Source: Tricharina praecox
Taxonomy: Eukaryota
Reading direction: 5' to 3'
NCBI RefSeq assembly: GCF_024521635.1
Contig: NW_026250406.1
Location: forward strand, 496,001-560,000
Length of the DNA stretch: 64,000 bases
In this document: positions 39,020 through 51,940 of the stretch, in pieces
Layout of the letters: the number at the start of each line of letters is the position of its first letter
How positions within the stretch are numbered: the stretch's first letter is position 1
The notes under the pieces: generated by a model
Database searches by the model: none
Seen by the model: only the letters and a program-made list of their open reading frames with translations
Told to the model about the DNA's origin: nothing
Translations under genes and position numbers: made by a program

Positions 39020-40860
39020 TGGCCTAGTCAAGAGCGAGAGCGCGGAAGAGTTCAGGGAGCAAGACAAGGCTCCGGAAGAGCGACAGTACGGAAGAGACGG
39101 GAAAGCACGTCGTCGGCAGGGAAGAGTAGACGGCACAGAGGTGTTGACGGTACAGACGAGTTGACGCCACGGAAGAGTGACGGAACGAGCCAGTCAAGGG
39201 CAAGGATGGTGCAAGGGCACGTCAATGGTGGGGAGGGGTTGCGGGAGCAAAACAGTTGAGGGAGCACGTCACGCAAGAATGGAGGCAGCACGTCGAGGAC
39301 ATTTCCGAGTTGACGGAGCCGGCGAGTTGGCGGCACCTCCGAGTCGATAGGACGAAAGCCGCGGAAGAGCCCAGCGAGCAAGGCAAAGGAGCGGAAGATT
39401 GGGGGAACGGGCCAGTCAAGAGCACGGCTGGGGAAGAGTCGAGGGAACCGGTCAGTTAAGCGCGAGGTAGGGCGAGGCCGGCGGAGTGTCTAGGGACTTA
39501 GGGAGCACGGTAAGGCCGTACAAGAGTCAAGGGAATAGGGTTGTAAAGGGCGAGGTAGGGCGAGGCCGGCGAGGATAGGGAAGATTTTGTGGATCACCTA
39601 GTCAAGGGCGAGGCTTGGTAAGAGTTGGGGGAACTTTCCAAGGTTGCGGAAGAGCCCAATGAGCGCGGGAAAAGCTGGGGAATAGTTGCGGGAATGGCTA
39701 GTCAAGGGTGAGGTTGGGGAAGAGTTTAGGTAACGGTCATTCAAGGGCGAGTCTGGGGAAGAGTTGAGGCAACATAATAAGGTTACAGAAGAGCCCAGAC
39801 AGCCAGGGCGAGGCCGCGGAAAAGGTGTTCGAACAGCTAATCAAGGAGGGCGACAGGAAGAGAGAGCGAGGCAGGGGAAGAGTTGTGGGGACGGGCGTGT
39901 CAAGAGTGATGCAGGGCGAGGCCGGCGAAGAGACCAGGGAGCACGGCGAGGCCGCAGAAGAGTCGAGGGAACAGGCCGGTCACGGGCGAGGCCGGTGAAG
40001 AGGCCAGGCAGCACGTCGAGGGCGTGCAAGGATTATGAGCGCAAGGCGAGGCTGAGGAACAGTCAAGAGCGAGAGCGTGGAAGAATGGTGGGAATATTTC
40101 GAGGTCGCGGAACAGCCCAGGGAGTGAGGGCGAGGCTCGGGAAGAGTCGGGTGGCGGCAGAGTTGTGGGAACGGGCCACTTGAGCTACAGAGAGAAAGAA
40201 AATTCTTTTCTATATTATTGAAACACTGAAGCTCGCTATGGTGCTGCTTTACACACTTTTTTTACGATTTTTTCGTGGGCATTGTGTTCCGTTGGTTGAT
40301 AAGTAAATTTTTAGTTGGTGTTTTAGTGACGAGTCAATCTAATTGAGTGGTAGGTCACTTGATTTTAGTGATGAGTTTTAATGACAAGTCACCAGGTGTG
40401 CGTAAAGCGAGTCAGTAACTTTTATGACTCAATCGCAAGTTTCACTCATGTGGTCTGCGCTGTTGGCAACGCGGGACTGGAGAAAAATCGGCGGGGGCGA
40501 GGCAGGCGCGGGCGCGGAGGAGTCGAGGGAACGGGCCAGTCAAGAGCAAGGCGGGGTGAGGCCGGCGAAGAGCCCAGGGAGCATGGGGAGGGTGCGAAAG
40601 AGTCGAGGGAACGGGCCAGTGAAGGGCGATGCCGGGGAAGATTTGTGGGAATGGGCCAGTGAAGGGGAAGGCTGGGGTGGATTTGTGAGAGCAAGGCCAG
40701 GCTGGGGAAGAGCCGAGGGGACGGGCCGGCCGAGGGCGAGGCAGCGCAATGCTGGGGGAGAGTTGTTGGAAGGGGCGGGTCCAGGGCAATGCTGGGGAAG
40801 AGATGTGGCAACGGGCCAGTCAAGGGCGAGGCTGGGGGAAAGTTGTGGGAGCGGACGGGG
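39020..40860. repeat. Purine-rich complex minisatellite (core GGGAACGGGCCAGTCAAGGGCGAGGCTGGGGAAGAG), interrupted by a T-rich segment ~40190-40470
   Basis: Many degenerate copies of the core are visible on both sides of the interruption. Confidence 0.85.
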
Positions 40861-41397
40861 TGAAGATACTACCATTTTCCAGATAGGTCACATGCAAGCA
40901 ATGAATAACACAAAACTAACACTGATTTCTGGGTATGATGTTTCGCCCAGTAGCGTTCCAACGGACGTTAGAACACCCTACCACAGCTGACGTCGTTCCC
41001 AGGGAATACGCTGGCGTGGGTCCGTTCACATGCTTCCACCCCAGGTGACCGTTCCCAGAGAATACGGTGGCGTGGGTCAGTTCACACGCTTCCAATTCAC
41101 TCGACGTGCCGAACGTCGCAAGTTTAGAGAATTTCTTTTCCTATGATGGAGGCGGCTCGGACCACTAATCACCTATGGCGAGTTTCAACGATGGCTGGAC
41201 AGACCGATTGGGGCGAATTCTTAGGTACGCAATCTGAGCACTCCCACACGTTTACTTGGGAAAAACCGCTGATGTGAATGCAGTTTTTGTTTTTCTGTTT
41301 TTGTTTTTTCTGTGTGGTTCTGGGAGCGAAACACCAAACCCGCAGAACTGACGAGTTACCTCCGAATCAGCGAGCCATTAGTTCGCACGCAATACGG

Positions 41398-41740
41398 CGG
41401 TTCCTCGCCCTGCCTACCGCAAACTTGGCGGTCAAAGACGAGTGCCGCACCTAATGCGGCGGTTCCTGGCCCTGCTCGCTGCCAACTTGGCGGTTGAAGA
41501 TCGACGCGCTGTTGGATGACGAAAACATCAATCGCATTATCGAATGCGTAGTCAGCGTGATGGATACGTAGGAAGCGGTCACCGAACCCACCGCGGACGA
41601 GCAGGAGAATCAAGAGGAAGATCTTTCAGAGTTCCTCCGGCTTCTGGAAGAGTCAGAAAATGCCGATCCCACGCCAGACCACCCGGATGGAGACCACTTT
41701 TGGAGATCTGATGACTTGTTGCGACATGTTTCGTTCGAAG
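41398..41740 (+). pseudogene. Acidic-domain segment, near-identical to 57163-57505
   Basis: IDALLDDENINRIIECVVSVMDT*EAVTEPTADEQENQEEDLSEFLRLLEES; the same TAG stop is present in both copies. Confidence 0.65.
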
Positions 41741-42603
41741 AAGTTGGATGGTTTCTTTGGTACGCAGTCTGAGCACTCACTGAATCTTACTGGGGAATAA
41801 CAGCTGATGGAAACGCAGTTTTTGATTTTTTGATTTTGATTTTTTAATTTTGATTTTGTTTGTTTTTGATTTTCTGATTTTCTGATTTTGATTTTTCTGT
41901 TTGTTTCTGGGTGCTGAACACCACAACCAGCCATTGGCTAGCACGCAATGCGGTGGTTTCTCGCATTACCAGCCGACGATTTGGCGGTTAAGGACGAACG
42001 CCGCACCTAATGCGGTGGTTCCCGTCTAGCAGACGGGGTGCGAACAGAGCAAAGCGGTGGCGGAGAGGAGAAGAATCTGTTGCAAGATGAGGAGGAAGAG
42101 GAGGACACCTCCTCTTACGAAGATGTCTCCGCCGAGGAAGGCTCCATGGATTGATTTGGAGGATGAAGGCTCGGATGACGTAGGAGAGACGAGAAGACGA
42201 GAAGGAGGTGTACGACGAGGACGGGGAGGGGTGGAAGGGCGGCAGGATGGTCAGGATGAGGACGATGCATAGCAAAGATTGGGAGGAGAGTTACCTATTG
42301 AATGTGGCTGTGCATAGTGGATAGAGTGGTTTGACCTGATTATGATAATCATTTAATTCTCACATTTGTATCGCTGCACAATCATCTCTGTTCATAGTTT
42401 TCCATTTCATTCAAGACACACACCTGGGAATGTTGGATATCGACTACTAAAGATCTAGAGTTCCCAAAGAGCCAATACATAGCTCGAAAGCGAGAACGCC
42501 CCTGCCGAAGATCTAGAGTAGAGGATGTTTTTGTCCGATCATCACAGCATTTGACCTTATCAGATTATGGCTGGACACACGTCTGGTTCCATCGCACTGT
42601 CTC

Positions 42604-42776
42604 TGTCACGATGACGGAGTCTCGTAGACGGGAACGTAGTGGATGAAGAGAATGATAGAGTTCTAGCTAGCTACAGGAAACGACTATATACCGTAGCTAG
42701 CTACGCTGAGTAGCCATACCGAGTGATCTCTCATACTCCGCGGGAACCCACACCCTCTACAGGGGTTTGGATGACA
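42604..42776. mobile_element. Solo LTR, 173 bp
   Basis: TGTCACG...GATGACA with perfect TSD GTCTC at 42599-42603 and 42777-42781. Nested in a larger insertion (~42518-43048) that splits block A. Confidence 0.85.
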
Positions 42777-45700
42777 GTCTCCGACCGCTGATCTCGAGCT
42801 CGATGTGGGTGCATTTTAGGCTCCGCCCGGCCCATCCGCACATAGAAAGAGAGACAGAGAGAAAGATGAAAAAATAAGATAGTGAAGAAAAAAACCTACC
42901 GAAGCTTGACGCAGTGACGGGTGGGCAGCCGAACTCGAGTTGACTCGTCACTCGTTTGTCACTCATGCGTCCGTAGTCACCACGAATATCAGAGGCTCTG
43001 ACCTCTTCAGGCAACAGGCAACGAGAAGGCTGTCGAGGCGAGAACTTCATCTCTTCCCGGCAGCGGATAGGGTACATCTCACAGCCCAGAGAAAGATCGA
43101 TACAGGTGATAAATGTTGTCTTTGATGTAACTGCTAAATATGGAAATCGAGGGTTTGTGCACTGTAAGGTACTCTCTAAATAATTCTGCTGAGGTAGTGC
43201 TTCCGTGCGATACACAGAGTTACTGGCTAGATGTCGGTGTTTTTAGGTGGGACATCCTTCGGCCCGCTTTTCTGTTCACAGCAGCTCGCAGGTGTCCACT
43301 GCCGCCTGTTCTCCCTAGCAACTTGGGCTCAGCCTCGCCGACATGCTGTGGACGACTGGCTACCTTGCCGGTGCAGTGTAGGTTATCTCCCATGTCATCA
43401 TCCGTCCTCCCTCCTGGTTGTCACCATCGGGTTTTCACACGTCATCGCTCAATGAGTGAGTAGCATTGCATGCCTCGACGGCAGCGACAAGCATCACTGG
43501 GATTCCCCCTTCTCCTTACTGTGGGACCCAACGAAAACGACGCCTTGGCGAGGGGGGTTCAACCCGGATCTGCAGACCTGGGTGTGACGGACAGCTACAA
43601 TTTGTAAACGTGCTGGGACCCAGTGGGACCAGCCGCGATGGCCTCTGTTACTATGGGCGGACGACAGCCTCACCGACATGCTCTGGAAGACTAGCTATCT
43701 TGCCGACGCAGTGTAGGTGGGTAGTCTTCCATGCCATCCGTCCCCGCTGCTGGCCTTTCACCATCAGGTTTTCACGTCATCGCTCGATGCGCGAGTAACA
43801 TTGCGTGCCTCGACGGCAGTGACAAGCATCGCTAGTCTTCCCCCTTTTCGCATTGTGGGACTCAGCGAAAACGACACCTTGGCGAGGGGGGTTCAACCCG
43901 GACCCGCTGACCTGGGTGAGACGGACAACTAAACAGTTGCGATGGGTTCTGTTAATATGGGCGGAGGGTGTTGTTTTGATTCGATTTGAGAGCGGGCAGG
44001 ATCGATGCACGAGCGGCGAACTTTAGCCGACCTGGATGATATATTGTCGGCCGGTCTGTCTGTCTATTTCCTTATCCCCCCCACTGTCAATATCTTTCTC
44101 ATTATCGCTTTTCATCGTTTTCGTTTTTCGGTCTCGCTATGCAACTTGCAAGATTCTCGACGGACACCTGAACAACACAGGTGTACAGTTTTCTTCAATT
44201 GTCGTTCTTCTCTTTCCCTTTCTTCCTACCCTACTTTCAAATTCTCCTCCCTTCTCCCATCGTTTTGGTACCCAACTATCAGTCATCCTCCGATTACCTC
44301 CTACCGCTCCACACAACAAAAATTCTCGCCATCCACCACCCCTCAGCGCTAACGGCAACTCTCATGGCGATCATGTGATCTCTTTGCATCACCACCCTCC
44401 CCCGTCTCTACTGTCCTCTTTCCACACATCTCTGCATACCTCTGCTCCCAGAAAGTATGTCCGCCACAATCATCGCCGCCTGCACACCGGCCACTCTGTC
44501 CCCATCGCCACCCCCAAGTCGACTACGGCGTACTCCACGAGTCCGGCCCTCGAGGCCCTTACATCGGACATCGATCTCCACAGCGTATTGGCGCTTCTGG
44601 GCCTACTCCCCGCCGATTCGGAGGTTGAACATGAGGATCATGCGGTTTACAATGCGGCGGCTCCATCATGGTCTACAATTCACCGGTTTAGCGGTCCAAG
44701 ATCAAGCTCACACTGCCGGTAATGCGACGGCTCCAACGTGGTTTTATAACTCACTGTTTGGCGGTCGAAGATGAAGCCCAGACTGCCGGTAATGCGGCGT
44801 CTCTCGCCCAGGAACCGGATTAAACGAGAAGCAGAATGGGGGCGTTGAGGAGAAGAGTCGGTGGAGATATGAGGAGGAAGAGTAGGATTCATCCTCTTAC
44901 GAAGAAATCTGCGACGACCATTCGGAAAAACGAGCAGAGGAGTAGAAGAAAGGGGGAGGAGGGGAGGAAGGGAGGAGAAGAGGAGGGGAGGAGAAGAGGA
45001 GATGGTGCGATGGAGAGACGATGAGACGATAAGATGTTGAGATCATGAATCAAATAATGAATGGGAAGACGAGATGAAGAGATGATGAATGTTAAATAGA
45101 TAAATGAATGGGAAGACGAGGAAGGACATGAGGAAGATGTAGGGGAGGAAGGGGAGGAGGCGGGCTACCTGTTGAATTTGGCTATGTATATTGGATAGAG
45201 TAGCGTGACCTATTTATGATAATGATTAAATTGCTCCGATTGGTGTCTACGCACAGTCCTTCCTGCTCATAGTTTTCAAGTTTATTGAAGACGCACACCT
45301 TGGATTGTAAGGTACTCTCTCATAATGGCGCTAATGGAGGGCTTCCGTAAGATACACACAGTTACTGGCTAGATGTCGGTGTTTGTGGGTGGTGCATCTT
45401 TCCCCCGGCTTTTCTGTTCACAGCAGCTGGCAGATGTCCGCCGCCGCTTGTTCGGCCCCTACAGCTTGACCTCAGCCTCGCCGACATGCTTTACCTTGAG
45501 TGGACAACTGGCTATCGGTAGCCAGGCGTCGGTGCCATTTGGCCACCCCATCCGTGCACGATCTCAATGTTTCATCATCGAAGTTTCACACGTCATCGCT
45601 CGATGAGTGCGAAACATTGCATGTCTTCAAAACGGCAGCGACAGGCATGACTAGCGACGCAACCGTGATTTGGTTCCAAGCACCACGTGAATTGTTTCCA

Positions 45701-47449
45701 TTTCACACCAAATGACTCAGCCCCCACCCCGCCCGGCACCCTTTCTATATCTCCCCCCTCATTCTTCCACACCCTGCATCCGAGTCCTCTCTCTCCTTCT
45801 CACTTCTTCCTACTCTACCATCAACACCACTCCATCCACACGACAACCTCCTCATCTCTTATCATCACTACCCCTCCATCGTTACGACAACTCTTTTATC
45901 TCTCACCATGACCATCCTTTAGTTGTCAAAATCCTCCATCTCGCTACAACCACCGCTCCTAGAAAGTACGGCCACCACTATCATCCCCACCTACACACCG
46001 CCAGCCGGTCATTACCATTCCACACCCGCCCCCAAACCATTTCCTCCCCACTACAACAGCACGGCGCTCGAGGCCATCGCCAACTATGTGCCCTCGTCAT
46101 GTCGGCCCTCCTCGCCCTACTCGCCGCCATTTTGGCGATCTTAAACGGCACCCACTTCTAATGCGGCGGTTCCAGCCACTACTCCCCCGCCATTTTGGCG
46201 GTCGAAGCCGACGTCGGCACTTCGCAAAATGCGCTGGCAAGTGGAACCCCTGGGCGGTTCCTGGCCCTGCTCCCCACCAATTTGGCGGTCGAGGACAACA
46301 CCGTCCACACTTCGAAAATGAGCTGGCTAAGTTAAACGCCTGGCCGGCTTCTAGGCCCGCTCCCCACCAGTTTAGCGGTCGAGGAAAACGCCCGATGTTC
46401 GACAATGCGGCGGCTCCTGCAATGGTGGTGCTCGATGCTAGTTTGGCTGTCGAGAACGACGACTACACTGCCGAAAATGCGGCGGTCCCCCCCTAGGAGA
46501 TGGGGGGATACCAGAACCACTACGGTGGTGAAGAGGAGAAGGTGGTGAAGGATTTGATGGAAGGTGAGGAAGAAGCCTCCTCCATCGAACACGCCTCAGA
46601 GGAAGACTCCGAAAATATACTCGGAGGAGGAAGCCTCGGACGACGATGATAAGGAAGCCTCGGACGACGACGGGAAGACGAGAAGACGGGCAGACGAGAC
46701 GAAAAGATGAGCAGACCAGAAGACGAGCAGACGAGGGAGCGGTGGTGAGCAAGGGGAGGAAGGGCAGGAAGGGGAGCAGGATGGTGACGATGAGGAGGAG
46801 GGATAGCAAAGACTGAAGGAGAGTGAACTATTGAATGTGGCTATGCATGTTAGAGAGAGTGGTCTGACCTAATTATGATAATGATTTAATTGCTCACATT
46901 GTTTTCTCTGCACAATCATCTCTGTTCATATTTTTCGAGATTATCGGGGAAGTACAATTTAAATGTCGATGGTTCCGTGTCTAGAGTTTCCAGAAAGCCG
47001 ACACATAGCTCTTGAGCCAGAACGCCCCGGCCGAAGACCTCGAAGCTTTCGTCTCGGCAGCGGATTACATGCATCTCGCAGCCCAGAGATAGATGAATAC
47101 ACGTGATAAACGATGACCGGGATGTACCTGCTACATACAGAAACCGTGTCTTCGAGCACTACCCGGCAGTATCTCATACTTCCGCTGAGAGAGAGCTTCC
47201 ATAAAATACACAGAAATGCTGGCCAGATGACACCATTTTCGGTTGCAACATCCTTCGCGGCTTGCCCGGCTTTTTTGTTCGCAGCAGCCCAAATTCCCAC
47301 GGCTGCGAACGGAACCGGATACCCGGGTACTTAATCGGACGCTTTTCCTGGTTGTCTAAAGTGAGATCAGCGCCGTTGCCACAGCTGTAGCCTTAGTAGT
47401 ATTCGTCTTCTCAAAAGGTGTGGGAGGTATCGAAGGTGGGAGGTACGAC

Positions 47450-48420
47450 TACGAGTATCTTCATATCTATTGAAAACGGTCTCGATGTTAATATTGACAA
47501 GTGCACCGGAAGGAACGATTCAGCTGCCTACAGGAGTGGTGTCTGCAAGACTGCAACGTAGGTGGAAGTATGTGTTAGAAATATAGTGACGTAAGGTAAG
47601 ATAATGTATTCACACCACGCCGAGGTAATGGATAGAGAGTTAGCTTGGTGCGAAGAGAGGAAGACCCGTCTAGGAAAATGACGGACGGGATCGACTACTC
47701 TGATGCTGATCCCCTAGAAGTAGTGGACAAACCTGGCTGGTCTCGTCCGATCCGTCAGGAAAATGCAGAACACCGGTGCGGTGGTTCTAAGAGTGAGAGA
47801 TATCGATGTACTTCGCATGCAGCCTGTCTGGACTATGTCGAGCCGTCGCACTGTTTTCCTATCCACGCTGGCTGGCCGGACGTTGCGACCCCCCTACCGG
47901 CCAACAAGATGTGGCTCCGCTGCCTACCAAAAATAAAATAAAATAAAAATAAAAAATTACATAGCAAATCAGACCAGTATATGTTTCGCACCAGGAACAG
48001 ACAATCACATATCGTTGGCCCTCACCTCCCTGCAGAGGCCGCAGACACAGAGTCCTGCTGGAAACTTTTGTTCTTCTCGGAATGCTTCCCTCCCCTGCTC
48101 CTCCTTCTCCTCCTCCTCCACCTACAGGTCTGACGGAGCTGTCCTCGCTACGTCCGTCGTTCGTAGGAACGAGTCTAGGCTCGCATCGCTGTATCGCTGC
48201 ACCGCTCATCGGCGAACAGCTCCGCTGTGGACCATCTCTCCTGCCTTCTCTTTGTCTGATTCCCAGTCACCTTCACCCACACGGCTTTCCGCTGGCTTCT
48301 TCGCCGTTAGCATTGTTTTCACAAGTGCTCTCGTCATTGCTTCGTTGACCTGTTGCCGTACCAGCAGTGATCATTATCTTCGGTTCCTGACCTACTTCAG
48401 GTACGTAGCGCAGAGGGCGT
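47450..48420. repeat. Block D, ~950 bp, duplicated at ~53590-54520; partial copies at ~36672-37010 and ~56095-56245
   Basis: Shared TACGAGTATCTT, GACTATGTCGAGCCGTCGCACT, A-rich tract and an identical core CACCTACAGGTCTGACGGAGCTGTCCTCGCTACGTCCGTCGTTCGTAGGAACGAGTCTAGGCTCGCATCGCTG. Confidence 0.9.
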
Positions 48421-49813
48421 GACCCGGGGTGCTGTGGTTCTCGGGCAGCGCTTCACACGTCATCCATCGATGAGCGAGTAACATTGCCTGCCTCGACAGC
48501 AGCAACGAGCATCACCAAAGACTGAACGGCGACCAGATCCAAGCACCCCGTTGGTTCATTGATACAAAGTCTCCCCCCCCCCCCCCCGCCTTTTCTATAT
48601 ATACCTCCTCCTTCTTCTCCACCCACCACCATCTTCCTCTCTCTCCTCCCCTTTTCTTCCTTAACTACTATCAGCATCCTCTCCCTCCCTCCCACTCTTC
48701 GTACCCCACCATCATTCATACCATAACCTCCCACCTCTCAACCAGCGCTCCACCACCCGTCTATCCTCTCCACAACCCCCTCATCTCTTACCATCACTAT
48801 CCACCACCTCACTACAACCCCGATCCCGTCCCTCTCAACTACCCTGATTCTACATCTCTCTGTAACCCCCGCTCTCAGAAAGTATGGCCGCCACTATCAC
48901 TCCTACCCACACACAGCCTTCCGGTCATCCTTTTGCCAGCGCCACCTCCAAGACGACTACGCTCCATTCCAAAAGCACACACATCGAGGCCGTTCCGGCC
49001 CAGCTCCACCTGGTCATGTCCGCCCTCCCAGCGCTACTTGCCACCAACCTGGCTGTCGACTATCGATGGTTCGCATGTGATGCGGCGGTTTCTGGCCCTA
49101 CTCGGCGTCGATTTAACGGTTGAAGACGACACTCGCACCCAATGCTGCGCTTCCTCGGTCTCCTGAGCCGACTCGCCGCCGTTTCGACGGCCGAACATGA
49201 GCACCTGACCGTTTAAACTGCGGCTGCTCCTAGGCCCGCCCCCAACCAGTTTGGCGGTCGAGGAAAACGCCCGATATTCGACAATACGGCCATTGCCGCA
49301 CAGGAGGTGAGGGCATACCAGAACCACCAGGGTGGAGATGGAGCGGGAAAAATCTGGTGAAAGATGGGGAGGAAGAGTAGGATACATCCTCCTACGAAGA
49401 CGTGTCCGAGGACAGTTTGGAAAGACGGTTGGACGAGGAAGCCTCGGACAACGAGGACCAAGACGCGTCAGATGACGGCGGGAAGACGAAAAGAGAAGAC
49501 GAGACTGGATGTTTTTCGAAAGAGACTGAATTCGAAGGTTGAGGGTATGAGGCGGCAGCGATTCGAGAGGATGATGTATGAATGAATGTGAAGACGAGAT
49601 GATGGGATGTTGAGATGATCAATGATGAATAGATGAATGAATGGGAAGATGAGCAAGTAGATGAGGACGATGGAGGGGAGGAAGGGGAGCAGGATGGTGA
49701 GGAGGAGGAGGAAGAGGAGGAGGAGGAGGTTTACCTGTTGAATGTGGCTATGCATATTGGATAGAGTGGCTCGACCTATTTACGATAATGATTTGATTTT
49801 TCGCTCTGGTACC

Positions 49814-50039
49814 TGTAATTGTGATGCGTCCGCAATGTGGCTATGACGCTCGCAGCGATGCTGGCATTCCACAGCAATGCTGACAGAGAATTTATCAGCG
49901 CGCCGGCTCGTCATCGGTATGCTATCATGACCTTTGGGAGGGATTCGAGGTTCTGTAGATATACTGGAGGACTTCCGTTGCGCTGACATTGCGCAGTGAT
50001 TAAACATATTAAGCATTTGAGATTCTCTTCTAGTTGACA
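49814..50039. mobile_element. Probable solo LTR inserted in block A
   Basis: TGTAAT...TTGACA, 226 bp, flanked by GTACC/GTATC (one mismatch). Other copies read GGTATCT without interruption. Confidence 0.7.
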
Positions 50040-51869
50040 GTATCTCCGCACAGTCATTCCTATTCACAGTTCTCCAGTTCATTGAAGACACACACCTTGG
50101 ATATTAACTGTTCGAGATCTACAGTTCTCAGAGAGTCGATACACAGCTCGAGAGCCAAATCGCAGAATTCTCCCGTCGAAGAGCTGGAAGATAACTCCTC
50201 CTCACATCAGATCAAATACACGATACATCCTGCAGCTTAGAGAAAGATAAATAGAGGTGAAGAACGCTGTCTCGGATGTAGCTGCTCAAATAGGGAAACC
50301 GAGGCTTCGTGCACTGTAAGATACTCTCTCATAATTCCGATGAGAGAGACGTTTCGTGAGATACACAGAGCTGCTGGCTAGATATCGGTGTTTCTGGGTG
50401 GGACATCCTTCGTCTGGCTTTTGTATTCGCAACAGCCCTGGGGTCACTGCCGCCGCCTATTCCCCCTAGCCACTTCAGCTCAGCCTCGCCGACATGCTCT
50501 GGACGACTGGCTACCTTGCCGGTACAGTGTAGGTTATCTCCCAGGTCATCATCCGTCCTCCCTCCTGGTTTTCACCATCGGGTTTTCACACGTCATCGCC
50601 CGATGAGTGAGTGGCATTGCATGCCTCGACAGCAGCGACTCCAAGCATCACTAGGCTTCCCCCTTCTTCGTACTGCGGGACCCAGTGAAAACGACGCCTT
50701 GGCGAGGCCGTTTCAACCCGGAGCTGCAGACGTGGGTGAGACGGACAGCAAGGATTAGTAAACCTGCTGGGACCCGGTGGGACCAGCTGCGATGGGCTCT
50801 GTTAATCTAGGCAGAGGGTGTTGTTTTGATTCAACCTGAGAGCGGGCAGGATTGATGCAGGAGCGGCGAAATTTAGCCGACCTGGACTATATATTGTCGG
50901 CCGGTCTGTCTGTCCGTTTCCTGATCATCATCATCATCATAGACCTCATCTCCCTCACTGTCATTATCTTTCTCATTATCTCATTTCATCGATTTCGTTT
51001 TTCAGTCTCGCTAGGCAACTTGCAAGGTTCTCGAGGGACACCTGAATAACACAGGTGTCTGGTTTTCTTCTATTGTCGTGCTTCTCTATTCTAAAATACA
51101 ATCGGTCTATCGTTCCTCCCAACCTTGCCGAGAGGTAGGTTCACGTTCCGAATGCTTCAGTACCCACCCATCAATCATCTTACGATAACCTCCGTCGTCC
51201 TACCCTACTTTCAATTTCTCTTCTCCTCCTGCATCTTCCTACCGTACCTTTAACTTCTCCTCCCTTCCTACAAATATTTCGTACCCAACCATCGATCAAT
51301 CTACGATAACCTTCTACCACTTCGAACGAGACCACTCCTCTCCTCTTCACTCCACTCCACTCCACACAACAAAGATCCCTGGCATCACGCTAACCGAAAC
51401 TCTCATGAGGAATCCTTCTCTCTTCCTCCCTCACTACCCTTCACATCTCGACTACTTCTTTCCACACCTCCCTCTATACCCCTGGTCCCGGGAAGTATGG
51501 CCGCCACAATCATCCCCGCCTGCACCTCGATCATACTCTTCCCATCGCCATCCCCAAGACGACTACGCGGTACTCCACGACTCCGGCCCTCGACGCCGTT
51601 ACAGACATCCTTCTCTACGTCGTGTTGGCCCTCCTAGGCAGGCTCCCCACCAAGTTGGCGGTCGAACATGAGGATCGTGCTGTATACAATGCAGCGGCTC
51701 CTGGTTCTACAACCCCTTATTTTGGCGGTCGAAGATGAAGCTCACACTGCCGATAATGGGGCGGCTATAGTCCAGGAAATGAGCTGAACGAAGAACAAGG
51801 CTAGTGGGGAGGAGAGGAATCAGTTGAGATATGAGGAGGAAGAGGAGGAGAGGAGGAAAGAACAGAGGA

Positions 51870-51940
51870 ACAGAGGAGGAGAGGAGGAGAGGAGGAGAGG
51901 AGGAGAGGAGGAGAGGAGGAGAGGAGGAGAGGAGGAGAGG
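51870..51940. repeat. (GAGGAGGA)n 8-bp microsatellite followed by GATGAGAT-type repeats
   Basis: Directly visible. Confidence 0.9.

Noticed and set aside
39764..40990. Arg/Gly-rich ORFs
   Set aside because: Translations of the purine-rich minisatellite.
41705..41745. CTGATGA as a hammerhead ribozyme core (also at ~57474)
   Set aside because: No stem II followed by GAAA, and no closing helices found by eye.
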